DNA from: an uncultured Bacteroidia bacterium
GTDB taxonomy: Bacteria; Bacteroidota; Bacteroidia; NS11-12g; UBA9320
DNA: 64,000 bases
Reading direction: 5' to 3'
Assembly (NCBI GenBank): GCA_943789165.1
Contig: CALSTB010000003.1
Coordinates: 191,980-255,979 of the forward strand
Each line of letters starts with the position of its first letter. The stretch's first letter is position 1. A model generated the notes under the pieces. The model made no database searches and was not told where the DNA came from. It saw nothing but the letters and a program-made list of their open reading frames with translations. Positions 31,702 to 41,999 of the stretch are shown here, piece by piece. A program made the position numbers and the translations under genes.

Positions 31702-33393
31702 TTAAGGAGTAAGCACAGGTTTTTGTGCCTTCCAGGTTGTGTAATCGCTCATGATGGCATTGTATAACATCTCTCCAATGTAGTGTGCACCACGTGCATT
31801 AAAATGTGTGTAGTCTTTGGCTGCTAAAGTCGGACTATTATTCACCCAACCTACCATTGCGTTTTCGCCACCCATTACACTGTATAAATCCCAAAACGCA
31901 CAGCCGTTTTCGTATGCGGCCTGTTTCATGGCATCTCTTACTTTTACAACGTTCGGATAAGACACGTACTCTCCTACTACTTTTCTACTCATGTCGCTCG
32001 GACCAATAACCAAAATACTAACGCCAGGCTTGGCTCGCTTAATGGCTTCCAATTCCTTGCTAAACATGTGTTTGTAGAAATTGTAATTCTTTTGGGGATT
32101 CGGAATTACGTTAATGCCATACTGCATAATCACAAGCTCGACATTGGTTTTTTCCAACTGCCGTTTGTAAATGCTTTGATTGATCATGGAATACCCTGTT
32201 CCGCTACTTCCCCTCATAGGGAAATTGTCGACAGCAACTCCTTTATCACCATCAAATAAGAGTCCGAAAAGGACAGGGCTTGTACCCGTAAACTTCAACA
32301 AGACTTCATTGGTCACCATGCCTTTATGTAAGGTCACTTCTGTTCCATATGGGGCCGGTTGAAAGGTTTTTATGTGTTGAACACCGTCAATTGACACCAC
32401 CATATTCACCGTATCTGATGAACTGTACAACATCTTTACATGGCTGAATGTACGGACCCGAGGGTAACTTTTCGTGGCACATTTAAAACTCAGCCAACTG
32501 TATTCTGATTCCTTCTTTTCGTAAACAGGTTTGTAGATGGTATCTAGGTGGAATTTTGATGAATCAAACGGTATAAAAACGATTCCCCATTTGGATGAAT
32601 CTAGAGCAGAATTTGAATCAAGCTTTGCTTTTGACATCCATACTCTTTTCTCTAACAAAGAATCGTACACGTGTTTTACGATTGTGTCTTCCCCGATTTT
32701 TACAAAGTATTTTCCTGTAAACATGTACGACGAGCCTCCAATTCCATAATGTCCTTGAGGATGTCGCTTTTTACTATAAATCGCGTATTTCTCCCAATCT
32801 CGACTTTCACTTTGACGGATAGATACCCGAGCCCTGCTCACATCGATTGGCAACACAATACCAGGACCGTAGCCACCAAAACGATTTTGCATTTTATTCC
32901 TTAAATAATCCGAAATGCGGTCGCCCTCTAATTGAGAATCTCCGTAATGCAAAATTCTAATGAGCTTTTCGGACCCTTTTTCAACGTCGTATAAGGCTTG
33001 AAAAAAGCCATCTAAACTAGTTTTCTCCGTTTTCACGTATTGAATCTTGCGGTCGAGTTGAGGTTCTTTATAACTGGTGTCAACAATAACCACTTCTTCG
33101 GTCGTTGTATCAAGATCGATGTCGCTTAAAACGCTATCTAGGTTGACCACCACCTTTTCTTTGGCGTACATTAGGTCTATTGCTGAAACGAACTGTAGCG
33201 TAAAATCCGACGATGACTCATCGTTTACTAAATGCACAAATGGAATCTTTCCGTTGATCTCAAATCGTTGTTCGCCGGTTGGAAACAACAGCACCACCAG
33301 CCCCAAAACAAAATTGAGTAACACCAACATCCAAACAATGGTTGCCGGGTTTACTTGTTTTGATTTGTGGTATTTTTTAGAGTCGAGTTGCAA
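31702..33393 (-). CDS. membrane-anchored SGNH/GDSL-like hydrolase family protein
   Basis: N-terminal TM helix and a block I-like motif ILHYGDSQLEGDR. 563 aa. Confidence 0.55.
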   Translation of the reverse strand: MQLDSKKYHKSKQVNPATIVWMLVLLNFVLGLVVLLFPTGEQRFEINGKIPFVHLVNDESSSDFTLQFVSAIDLMYAKEKVVVNLDSVLSDIDLDTTTEEVVIVDTSYKEPQLDRKIQYVKTEKTSLDGFFQALYDVEKGSEKLIRILHYGDSQLEGDRISDYLRNKMQNRFGGYGPGIVLPIDVSRARVSIRQSESRDWEKYAIYSKKRHPQGHYGIGGSSYMFTGKYFVKIGEDTIVKHVYDSLLEKRVWMSKAKLDSNSALDSSKWGIVFIPFDSSKFHLDTIYKPVYEKKESEYSWLSFKCATKSYPRVRTFSHVKMLYSSSDTVNMVVSIDGVQHIKTFQPAPYGTEVTLHKGMVTNEVLLKFTGTSPVLFGLLFDGDKGVAVDNFPMRGSSGTGYSMINQSIYKRQLEKTNVELVIMQYGINVIPNPQKNYNFYKHMFSKELEAIKRAKPGVSILVIGPSDMSRKVVGEYVSYPNVVKVRDAMKQAAYENGCAFWDLYSVMGGENAMVGWVNNSPTLAAKDYTHFNARGAHYIGEMLYNAIMSDYTTWKAQKPVLTP

Positions 33394-33404
33394 CGCGCAC
33401 GTCG

Positions 33405-34601
33405 TTAGTCTTTCTTAATGAGCTGGTTTTTTTGATACGTGCTCATCGAGTTGATTTTGTTGTATTGATTATACTGTGAAGCCGGCTTGTATATTTTCAG
33501 CCGCTGGTTCACATTGATTTGGTCTCCTTTAATCTTGTTCCATTTCCGAACATCACTAATTCTCACGTCATACAAATCCGCTATTCTTCCCAAGTAATCT
33601 CCTTTTCGAACTGTATAATACATCAGTCTTGGTCCTGTTTGGGCAGGTGGACTTACCACGGCAGGTTCTTCGACCGTAGGTGTGTCATTGACAATTTTAG
33701 GTTCCACTTTACCGTCGGCCACAGCGTGACTTTGGTAGGTATAAATAGAATCCCCTAATTCATAAAAACGACCAACGCTTTCAAAAGGAATTTGAATGAC
33801 ATATACTTTATCGGTGTTTGGTATGACTTGCTTCTTATAAATAGCGTTGTAATCTTTCAGATTCTGAAAATCCACATCGAGTGCTTTACTCAATTGATAG
33901 ATCGTAACCCACTGGTCTATTTCCACCGACTCCAGTTTCGGAGATTCGATGTTTTCAGGCATAATGCCATGGGCTTCATAGTAACTATGGATATACATTT
34001 CTGCAATAAAGCTAGGTACCGCGAATTGGTATTTTACAGGTAAAAATCTGTGATATTCCCAATAGTCTGTTTTACCACCTGCCATTCGAATAGCCTTGGT
34101 CACTTCCACCTTGTCACCAACAAAGGCCGCAATTACAGCATGCCAGTCTCCAAGTTCTTCATACAGTTGTTTAAAATATGGTATTGCCGCAGAGGTAGCT
34201 TTTCTATAATCTCTTCGTTCGTCGATATAGCTTGATATTTTAAGCCCATACCTTTTGGCCATCACATAGCGCAGTTGCCAATAACCAGATCCACCGTCGT
34301 CGGATACCTTCCAGTTGTCATATTGACTAATAGCGGGTACCAAGTACTGAAGCTCTTGTGGTAGTTTATGTGCTTCCAGACTGTCTTCAATTTCAGGCAA
34401 ATACAAGGCTGATTTGCCTAAAAGTTCAGCGGTTTTATTGTCTTTGTTTTCGACTAAGTCGGTAATGGCTTGCTGCACATAACCGTTGTACGACAAGGCA
34501 ATGTTTGAATTGATTTTAGCCAACCGAGTTGCTGTAACACCTGATTGTGCTGCAACCGACATTGACCAAACCATATATACACCAACTATTACCAGTCGCA
34601 T
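33405..34601 (-). CDS. MltD-like lytic transglycosylase-fold protein with a C-terminal LysM domain
   Basis: SLT-like segment LPQELQYLVPAISQYD…GGSGYWQL. LysM segment YYTVRKGDYLGRIADLYDVRISDVRKWN. Confidence 0.65.
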   Translation of the reverse strand: MRLVIVGVYMVWSMSVAAQSGVTATRLAKINSNIALSYNGYVQQAITDLVENKDNKTAELLGKSALYLPEIEDSLEAHKLPQELQYLVPAISQYDNWKVSDDGGSGYWQLRYVMAKRYGLKISSYIDERRDYRKATSAAIPYFKQLYEELGDWHAVIAAFVGDKVEVTKAIRMAGGKTDYWEYHRFLPVKYQFAVPSFIAEMYIHSYYEAHGIMPENIESPKLESVEIDQWVTIYQLSKALDVDFQNLKDYNAIYKKQVIPNTDKVYVIQIPFESVGRFYELGDSIYTYQSHAVADGKVEPKIVNDTPTVEEPAVVSPPAQTGPRLMYYTVRKGDYLGRIADLYDVRISDVRKWNKIKGDQINVNQRLKIYKPASQYNQYNKINSMSTYQKNQLIKKD

Positions 34602-34603
34602 TG

Positions 34604-36028
34604 TTATTTCATTAAATCAAATAAATACTTTGACATTTTCAGCATCTCGTGCTCGTCAAAATGTTTTGCCATCAATTGTAATCCAAAAGGCATGCCAGAT
34701 TCCACCTGACCTGTTGGAATCGATATCGCTGGTAGTCCAGCTAAAGGAGCTTGCACTGTAAAGATATCTGCTAAATACATGGCAATTGGGTCATCTGCCT
34801 TTTCTCCAATTTTAAACGCCTCACTTGGTGTTGTTGGGAGCAGAATGAAATCAAAGTTATCTAAAATTTTTGCTGTTTCCGATTGAATGACTCTTCGCAC
34901 CTTTTGCGCTTTGGTATAATACGCATCATAATGATCTGAGCTAAGCACGAAAGTACCTGCCATGATTCGGCGTTTTACTTCCTCACCAAAACCTTCAGTT
35001 CGACTCATCTTGAACGTAGATTCAAGGTCGTGGGCCTCACTGCTTCGGTGACCATATAGCAAACCAGAATAACGTGCCAAGTTAGACGACGCTTCGGCCG
35101 TTGTTAATACATAATAACAAGGCACCATATAGTCTAAGTAAGGAAAGGAAACGTATTCTATCGTATGTCCTTCCGACTTAAGTTTCTCGATGGCTTCAAG
35201 CATATGACTTTTCACTTCCGGTGAAAGTCCTTCTGCATTTAAGCAATCTTCAATGACGGCTATTTTCTTTTTTCCAGAAATCTGGAGATCGCCAGTATAC
35301 TCTGGCACCTGTTTATCAGAAACTGTCGCATCATTTTCGTCTACTCCAGCAATGACTTGTAGCACGGCTGCCATATCCTCAACGCAGGTTGTTATTGGAC
35401 CAATTTGATCAAACGATGAAGCATAAGAGAGTAATCCCCAACGCGAAACACGGCCGTAAGTTGGCTTCATGCCAAACGTTCCTGTGAAGGAAGAGGGTTG
35501 TCTGATTGACCCACCCGTATCTGAGCCTAAAGCTACGCGACAAAGATCTGCTTGCACTGCTACTGCTGAACCTCCCGATGAACCACCTGGCACTCTAGAG
35601 TTGTCGGCAGCGTTAAGGACATTACCGTAAGCACTATTCTCATTACTCGCACCCATGGCAAACTCGTCGCAATTTAGTCGTCCAATGATGATGGCATCTT
35701 CTGCCAATAAGCGTTCAACCACTGTAGCACTAAAAAGTGAATTAAAGCCTTCTAATATTTTAGAAGATGCTGAAACGTGGTGATTTTGATAAGCGATATT
35801 GTCTTTTAAACCAATGACCAAACCAGCAAGTTTACCTTGACTTCCAGTTTTAATCTTTTGGTCTAACGCTGTTGCACGCTCGAGCGCTTCTTCTTCGTAA
35901 ACCTCTAAAAAAGCGTTGAGATGTTGGTTGTTCTTTATGTTAAGCAAGTAATGCTTAACCACTTGCTGACAGGTAACATTGCCAGCATTTAAATCCTGTT
36001 GAAGTTGAAAAAGTGATGTATGATTCAC
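34604..36028 (-). CDS. gatA: Asp-tRNA(Asn)/Glu-tRNA(Gln) amidotransferase subunit A
   Basis: Amidase signature GGSSGGSAVAV…GSDTGGSIRQP. 474 aa. Confidence 0.93.
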   Translation of the reverse strand: MNHTSLFQLQQDLNAGNVTCQQVVKHYLLNIKNNQHLNAFLEVYEEEALERATALDQKIKTGSQGKLAGLVIGLKDNIAYQNHHVSASSKILEGFNSLFSATVVERLLAEDAIIIGRLNCDEFAMGASNENSAYGNVLNAADNSRVPGGSSGGSAVAVQADLCRVALGSDTGGSIRQPSSFTGTFGMKPTYGRVSRWGLLSYASSFDQIGPITTCVEDMAAVLQVIAGVDENDATVSDKQVPEYTGDLQISGKKKIAVIEDCLNAEGLSPEVKSHMLEAIEKLKSEGHTIEYVSFPYLDYMVPCYYVLTTAEASSNLARYSGLLYGHRSSEAHDLESTFKMSRTEGFGEEVKRRIMAGTFVLSSDHYDAYYTKAQKVRRVIQSETAKILDNFDFILLPTTPSEAFKIGEKADDPIAMYLADIFTVQAPLAGLPAISIPTGQVESGMPFGLQLMAKHFDEHEMLKMSKYLFDLMK

Positions 36029-36034
36029 TTAAGA

Positions 36035-36241
36035 TTACTCTTCCTTTTTGGTGTCTTCTTTCATACCATCTTCAATGTGTTTTTTCACATCCTTTTTGGC
36101 ATTGTTAAACTCACGAATTCCTTGTCCTAATCCTTTCATCAATTCTGGAATTTTTCGGCCTCCGAAAAGAAGAAGAACCGCTGCGACAATCAGTCCCCAT
36201 TCAGTAACACCAAAGGCTAGAAGTATTGTTAACATCGTCAT
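36035..36241 (-). CDS. tatA: twin-arginine translocase TatA/E family subunit
   Basis: I chose the internal ATG at 36241. The TM helix followed by [22 protein letters not shown] is the TatA signature. Confidence 0.8.
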   Translation of the reverse strand: MTMLTILLAFGVTEWGLIVAAVLLLFGGRKIPELMKGLGQGIREFNNAKKDVKKHIEDGMKEDTKKEE

Positions 36242-36372
36242 AATGCGTTGTAAATTATTGAGCGACAAAGTTACAATATTTAACTTGGTTTTTGATATTG
36301 GATGAATATGTCTTCTCATCAACAATGATTTGACATTTTTAACTAATTTCGGAAGTCATAAAAAAGGTCAAA

Positions 36373-36894
36373 ATGGTAAGAAAACCCTTCAATTTACAAG
36401 CGTGGATCGACGAGCACCGCGACGAACTTAAGCCACCAGTTGGCAATCAAAATTTATACAAAGACGCTGGAGATTATATTGTGATGATTGTGGGCGGTCC
36501 AAATGCACGCAAAGACTATCATTTCAACGAAACCGAAGAATTGTTCTACCAACTTGAAGGTGACATCAATGTACGGATTCAAGAAGACGGGAAAGCCGTT
36601 GACATCCCGATTAAGGCTGGAGAAATGTTCTTATTACCTGCAAACACCCCACACTCGCCAATGCGTAGTGAAAATTCAATTGGCTTGGTGATTGAACTCA
36701 AACGCCCTAATACGACTGATGGATTGTTATGGTTCTGCGACAACTGTAACACAAAACTGCATGAGACTTATTTTACGCTCAATGACATAGAAAAAGATTT
36801 CCTACCGCGGTTTCGCGAGTTTTATGCTTCAAAAGAACTTAGAACTTGTAAGTCTTGCGGCACGATGATGGAAACAGACTCCAGATTTGTATAA
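36373..36894 (+). CDS. 3-hydroxyanthranilate 3,4-dioxygenase
   Basis: 173-aa cupin. FNLQAWIDEH…PPVGN, DYHFNETEELFYQLEGD, and C-terminal CxxC…CxxC (CDNC…CKSC) rubredoxin-like site. Confidence 0.85.
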   Translation: MVRKPFNLQAWIDEHRDELKPPVGNQNLYKDAGDYIVMIVGGPNARKDYHFNETEELFYQLEGDINVRIQEDGKAVDIPIKAGEMFLLPANTPHSPMRSENSIGLVIELKRPNTTDGLLWFCDNCNTKLHETYFTLNDIEKDFLPRFREFYASKELRTCKSCGTMMETDSRFV

Positions 36895-36902
36895 TTGCGG
36901 GA

Positions 36903-37913
36903 ATGGACGATACAACGATTCACAAGTTTGATAGCCACGCACATATTATGCCGCCAAATTGGGAGCGGTTAGACAAAAAATATGGCTACGGTGGTTTTAT
37001 TTATTTAGAAGACGAAATAGAAACTGGCGCTAAAAAAATGATGCGCGATGATGGCGTGTTTTTTCGCCGCGTTGAAAAAAACTGCTACGACGTTGAAGCT
37101 ATTTTACCTGAAATGGACGCTTTTAATGTTGAAAAAATGGTGTTGTGTACCATTCCAGTCCTCTTCAATTATTGGGCAAAACCAGCCCATACAAAAGAAT
37201 GGAGTCGTTTTATTAACGCTCATTTACTTGAAGTTCAGAACCACCACACCAACCGCTTTATTAGTTTGGGGACGTTGCCTATGCAAGACATCAATCTTGC
37301 GATTGAAGAATTAAAATGGTGTAAGCAAAACGGTATGCCCGGAGTAGAAATCGCTTCACATATCGAAGATAAAAACCTGGATCATGAAAGCTTCTACCCT
37401 TTGTGGGAAGCAGCACAAGACATGGGAATGAGCATTTTTGTTCACCCTTGGGAAATGATGGGTCAAGCCGATATGACCAAATATTGGTTGCCTTGGTTGG
37501 TGGGCATGCCTGCCGAAACCAGTCGCGCCATTTGTAGCATGTTGTTTGGCGGCATTTTTGACAAATATCCCAAACTGAAAGTCATGTTTGCCCACGGTGG
37601 TGGTTCATTTGCACATACCTTGGGTAGAATTTCACATGGTTGGCATTGTCGACCGGATTTGGTCAACGTCAATGATGTTGCCGATCCGTACACCTATACG
37701 GGTAAGTTTTGGGTAGATGGCATTACGCACGACCAAGACGCATTGCGTTATTTAATTCAAGTAATTGGTGAGGATAAAATCTCTTACGGCACAGATTACC
37801 CATTTCCTTTGGGTGATTTAAGACACGGGGAGTTTATTGAGCAAATGGACGACTTGTCGATAAAGACGAAACAAAAGCTGTTTTCTGAAAACTTACTAGA
37901 TTTTCTTAGCTGA
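36903..37913 (+). CDS. amidohydrolase-2 family decarboxylase, probably 2-amino-3-carboxymuconate-6-semialdehyde decarboxylase (ACMSD)
   Basis: I chose the ATG at 36903. It has DSHAHIMPP (the HxH metal motif), FAHGGGSF and YGTDYPFP. It lies directly adjacent to the 3-HAO gene. Confidence 0.7.
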   Translation: MDDTTIHKFDSHAHIMPPNWERLDKKYGYGGFIYLEDEIETGAKKMMRDDGVFFRRVEKNCYDVEAILPEMDAFNVEKMVLCTIPVLFNYWAKPAHTKEWSRFINAHLLEVQNHHTNRFISLGTLPMQDINLAIEELKWCKQNGMPGVEIASHIEDKNLDHESFYPLWEAAQDMGMSIFVHPWEMMGQADMTKYWLPWLVGMPAETSRAICSMLFGGIFDKYPKLKVMFAHGGGSFAHTLGRISHGWHCRPDLVNVNDVADPYTYTGKFWVDGITHDQDALRYLIQVIGEDKISYGTDYPFPLGDLRHGEFIEQMDDLSIKTKQKLFSENLLDFLS

Positions 37914-37915
37914 TT

Positions 37916-38365
37916 TTAACCAACGCGGATTTTATCCAGCAAAAGGTTTAGTTGTTTTACCTCTTTTGCACTGAGGTTAAAAAACACTTCATCAATTGAA
38001 TGAATGGTTTGATTCATTAATTCAACTTGTTCCAAGCCTTCTGGTGTAATGGTGATTTCAGAGTGTCGCTTGTCTGTGGGATTTGGTTTCTTATCTACAT
38101 AACCCAAAGTCTTAAGTCGAACAATCAAACGCGAAATGTCAGAATCATTTTCAACGATTCGTTTTTTGATGTACAACATATTCACAGGACCATTGGCCGC
38201 TTTCAATATTTTCAACACCAAATATTGGGAGTAGGTGATGGAAGCATCACGAAAACAATCTCTGATGTAGCTATTGATTTGGGCATTGCTTAGTTGAAAA
38301 TTAAGGAGCAATTTCTCCCATTTGTTGCGAAACGATTTAACCTTTAATTGCTTTTTCAACTTCAT
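37916..38365 (-). CDS. MarR family transcriptional regulator
   Basis: Winged helix-turn-helix pattern (ITYSQYLVLKIL…DISRLIVRLKTLGYVDKKPNPTDKR). Confidence 0.8.
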   Translation of the reverse strand: MKLKKQLKVKSFRNKWEKLLLNFQLSNAQINSYIRDCFRDASITYSQYLVLKILKAANGPVNMLYIKKRIVENDSDISRLIVRLKTLGYVDKKPNPTDKRHSEITITPEGLEQVELMNQTIHSIDEVFFNLSAKEVKQLNLLLDKIRVG

Positions 38366-38391
38366 ACCACAAAGATAACATGTTGGAACAA

Positions 38392-40092
38392 TTATACCAA
38401 CAAAGTGAGACCACCATCTTTCAATTCGTAAACACAGGTGGCGTTTTTAAAGGAAGATGTGTCATGTGAAATCATAACGATTGTAGTGCCGGCCTTATTT
38501 AATTCTTCGATGAGTTTTATAATGCCTTGTTTGTTTTCTTCATCCAAAGACGTCGTAATCTCATCACAAATCAACACATCCGCCTTTCTGTATAAGGCTC
38601 GTGCGATGGCTAGCCGTTGTTTTTGTCCACCAGAAATCAGGCTTCCTTGATCTCCAATAGAAGTTTCAACACCTTTTGGTAATTCTTGTACCCAATCCCA
38701 AAGTTTAACCTTCTTTAACAAGTCCACAACCTTTTCATTATCAATGTCATCCAGACCAAAAGCTACGTTTTGCTTTACGCTCAATGCCGTAACGAAGGCG
38801 TCTTGCTTAATGTATCCCAATTTGTTTTGCCAACTGCGTTTTACCTCACTGATTGGTAAGTCATTGACTCTAATATGCTGGTTGGGCAACTCATAGAACC
38901 CTAAGATTAAGTTAATCAGCGTTGTTTTCCCGGCCCCAGACGGTCCATACAGCCCTATAAAATCACCTTTATTTACGGTGAGGTCTAGGTTGTCAAACAA
39001 CGGAGCATCTGAATCAAAATTAAAATTCAGTGACTTAATTTCTAAGGACTTAAACCTTTGAATCTCATCCTTCACTTCATTGCTTTTGGCGTCAGATTCA
39101 TCTGGCGGAATTAAATCTAAAATGGCCGTAAAAGAGCTTAAGGTGTTTGCCCCCATGATAACCCGATTAAAAGAAGGCAGTAATCTAAACGCTGCAGCGG
39201 CAAAAAGTGCCAAGGTGCTATAAAAACCTGCGGTTTGATTAAAGCCGTAAAAGTATATCGCCATAATACACAAGGCCAACACCGTGAGCAATTCCATTAA
39301 ACGTTGAGGAGCCGCTGAACTAAACAACTGGACATTTATACGTTGGGTGTACACAGTATCCCGCACCTCGTTTAGTTGTTCGCGATATTTATTCCCTAAG
39401 TTGAATAGGTTAATTTCTGAATACCCCATTACCGACTGGGACACCAGTTCATTCTGTTCTGCCAACCTTTTGTTGATGATATCGCCAGTCTTTTTTAATT
39501 TTTTCTTACTGAAATAAAACAACGCTAAAGATTGAGGCAATAAAGTAGATACCAATGCCAACACCAGAAGCGGTTTAATAAACAACAGTACAATGAATGA
39601 AATCGTTACAAAAGCCATTTCAGTGAGTGCGCTTATGGCAGGGATTAGCACCAAGTATGGCAACGAATTCGTAACCGTATTCACCTCCATTAACCTTTCC
39701 GACGCCAATACCTTTTTGTGACTGTTCAGGTTGACGTTGAAACTTTGGTTGAACACCCGATCCGAGAAAGAAGCGGAGATGTTATAAATTAACTTAAGTT
39801 GAAATTTGTAAATCCACAGCGAAGCAAAGGTTTTTAGAACGAAAAACCCGAACAAGGTTAATAGGGCATTCCTGATACGTGGAGCAATGCCAAGAACGTC
39901 ATCAACTGTTTTGACAAACAATCCTGGTTCAAAAACGATTACCAATAAAACGTAAATGACGGCAAGTCCAATAAACTCGAGGAAAACAGACAGCAAGCTC
40001 ACTCCCAGTAATCTTGAATAGACCGCGCGCTCCGATTTGTTTAGCGTTCGAACTAATTTCTTTTGACTACCGAATAAGGAACTTAACCTCAA
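38392..40092 (-). CDS. ABC transporter, fused permease/ATP-binding protein (MsbA-like exporter)
   Basis: N-terminal six-TM domain. Walker A GPSGAGKTT, signature LSGGQKQR and Walker B VLICDE. Confidence 0.85.
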   Translation of the reverse strand: MRLSSLFGSQKKLVRTLNKSERAVYSRLLGVSLLSVFLEFIGLAVIYVLLVIVFEPGLFVKTVDDVLGIAPRIRNALLTLFGFFVLKTFASLWIYKFQLKLIYNISASFSDRVFNQSFNVNLNSHKKVLASERLMEVNTVTNSLPYLVLIPAISALTEMAFVTISFIVLLFIKPLLVLALVSTLLPQSLALFYFSKKKLKKTGDIINKRLAEQNELVSQSVMGYSEINLFNLGNKYREQLNEVRDTVYTQRINVQLFSSAAPQRLMELLTVLALCIMAIYFYGFNQTAGFYSTLALFAAAAFRLLPSFNRVIMGANTLSSFTAILDLIPPDESDAKSNEVKDEIQRFKSLEIKSLNFNFDSDAPLFDNLDLTVNKGDFIGLYGPSGAGKTTLINLILGFYELPNQHIRVNDLPISEVKRSWQNKLGYIKQDAFVTALSVKQNVAFGLDDIDNEKVVDLLKKVKLWDWVQELPKGVETSIGDQGSLISGGQKQRLAIARALYRKADVLICDEITTSLDEENKQGIIKLIEELNKAGTTIVMISHDTSSFKNATCVYELKDGGLTLLV

Positions 40093-40953
40093 TTATTTTG
40101 CAAGTTTTAACAGATAATTACCATATCCACTTTTCACAAGACTTTTGGCTAATTTCTTTAACTCTGCTTTATCAATAAAGCCCTGTTTGTACGCTATTTC
40201 TTCGATACAACCTACTTTTAGTCCTTGACGTTCTTCAATCACTTGTACAAATTGACCTGCTTGCATCAATGACTTAAAAGTGCCTGTATCAAGCCATGCT
40301 GTCCCGCGATGTAAGACGCCTACTTTTAATTCGTTTCGTTTCAAATACTCTTTATTCACGTCAGTGATTTCATATTCACCACGTGGAGATGGTTTTAGGT
40401 TTTTGGCGATTTCAACGACATGGTTGTCGTAAAAATACAACCCTGGAACGGCATAATTGGATTTCGGTTTATCGGGCTTTTCTTCAATGGATTTGGCATT
40501 CATATCGTCATCGAATTCAACAACACCGTATCGCTCTGGATCACTCACGTGGTAGGCAAATATGACACCTCCTTCTGGATTTGCGTTTTCTTCCAAAACC
40601 CTGCCAAGGCTGGTTCCAAAAAAGATGTTGTCTCCCAGAATAAGGGCTACTTTGTCATCACCAATAAACTTTTCTCCAAGTACAAATGCCTGTGCAAGTC
40701 CGTTAGGAACCTCCTGCACCATATACTCAAATCGGCAACCCAGCTGACTACCATCACCAAGTAGTTTTTCAAAGTGTGGTAAGTCGTGAGGCGTTGAAAT
40801 GATTAAAATCTCCCGAATCCCGGCCATCATCAATGTCGACAACGGATAATAAATCATCGGCTTATCATAGATGGGCATTAACTGTTTACTCATTGCCAAT
40901 GTCAATGGGTGTAAACGCGTACCCGATCCTCCTGCTAAAATAATTCCCTTCAT
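40093..40953 (-). CDS. rfbA: glucose-1-phosphate thymidylyltransferase
   Basis: I chose the ATG at 40953, giving [18 protein letters not shown]. The rest is typical of RmlA. Confidence 0.93.
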   Translation of the reverse strand: MKGIILAGGSGTRLHPLTLAMSKQLMPIYDKPMIYYPLSTLMMAGIREILIISTPHDLPHFEKLLGDGSQLGCRFEYMVQEVPNGLAQAFVLGEKFIGDDKVALILGDNIFFGTSLGRVLEENANPEGGVIFAYHVSDPERYGVVEFDDDMNAKSIEEKPDKPKSNYAVPGLYFYDNHVVEIAKNLKPSPRGEYEITDVNKEYLKRNELKVGVLHRGTAWLDTGTFKSLMQAGQFVQVIEERQGLKVGCIEEIAYKQGFIDKAELKKLAKSLVKSGYGNYLLKLAK

Positions 40954-40955
40954 AT

Positions 40956-41999
40956 CTAACGTTGTTCGTATTGTTCCTTGTAATAATCCATGTACGCACC
41001 GGAGGTGACATGTGTCAGCCACTCTTCGTTTTCCATGTACCAGTCAATGGTTTTGGACAAGCCTTCTTCAAATTGCAGGGAAGGTTTCCATCCGAGTTCA
41101 TTCATTAGTTTGGATGAGTCGATGGCGTATCTAAAATCATGTCCAGCCCTATCTTTTACATAGGTGATGAGTTTTTCGGCACTTCCTTCTGGTCTTCCCA
41201 ATTTCTTATCCATTAGCGTACACATCAACTTAACTAGAGCGATGTTCGTCCATTCGTTATTTCCGCCAATGTTATAGGTCTCGCCATTGGTGCCTTTATG
41301 GAAAATCACATCGATTGCTGTGGCATGGTCTTCAACAAAAAGCCAGTCTCTCACATTTTCGCCTTTCCCATATACTGGTAAGGGTTTGTTGTTCTTTATG
41401 TTATTGATAAACAACGGAATAAGCTTTTCCGGAAAATGATGTGAGCCATAGTTGTTGGAACAATTAGATAGCTTAACTGGCAAACCATAAGTAACGTTAT
41501 ACGCCCGCACAAAATGATCAGAACTTGCTTTTGACGCTGAATATGGCGAGTTCGGACTGTATGGCGTTGTCTCAGTAAACTTCCCCGTGTCTTCCAATTC
41601 ACCATATACCTCGTCGGTACTCACATGATAAAAGAAGCCATCCGGATTTTTTCGATTGGCTTTAAACGCATTTAATAGGTTTACCGTACCCACTACGTTG
41701 GTCATCACAAATTCCAGTGGATTTGAGATACTTCGATCTACGTGAGATTCGGCTGCAAGATGCACTACGCAATCAAACACTTCGTTTTCAAATAGATTTT
41801 CAATAAATCCTTGATCTGTTATATCCCCTTTAATGAAGCGATAATTGGCTTCGTTTTCAATGTCTTTTAAGTTTTCTAAATTACCTGCGTACGTCAATTT
41901 GTCCAAGTTCACAATTTGGGAACTTGGGTAATTCCGTACAAATCTTCTGACAACATGAGAGCCGATAAAGCCTGCTCCACCTGTGATTAATATTTTCAT
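40956..41999 (-). CDS. rfbB: dTDP-glucose 4,6-dehydratase
   Basis: [15 protein letters not shown] Rossmann motif and the YSASKASSD catalytic motif. Confidence 0.93.
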   Translation of the reverse strand: MKILITGGAGFIGSHVVRRFVRNYPSSQIVNLDKLTYAGNLENLKDIENEANYRFIKGDITDQGFIENLFENEVFDCVVHLAAESHVDRSISNPLEFVMTNVVGTVNLLNAFKANRKNPDGFFYHVSTDEVYGELEDTGKFTETTPYSPNSPYSASKASSDHFVRAYNVTYGLPVKLSNCSNNYGSHHFPEKLIPLFINNIKNNKPLPVYGKGENVRDWLFVEDHATAIDVIFHKGTNGETYNIGGNNEWTNIALVKLMCTLMDKKLGRPEGSAEKLITYVKDRAGHDFRYAIDSSKLMNELGWKPSLQFEEGLSKTIDWYMENEEWLTHVTSGAYMDYYKEQYEQR

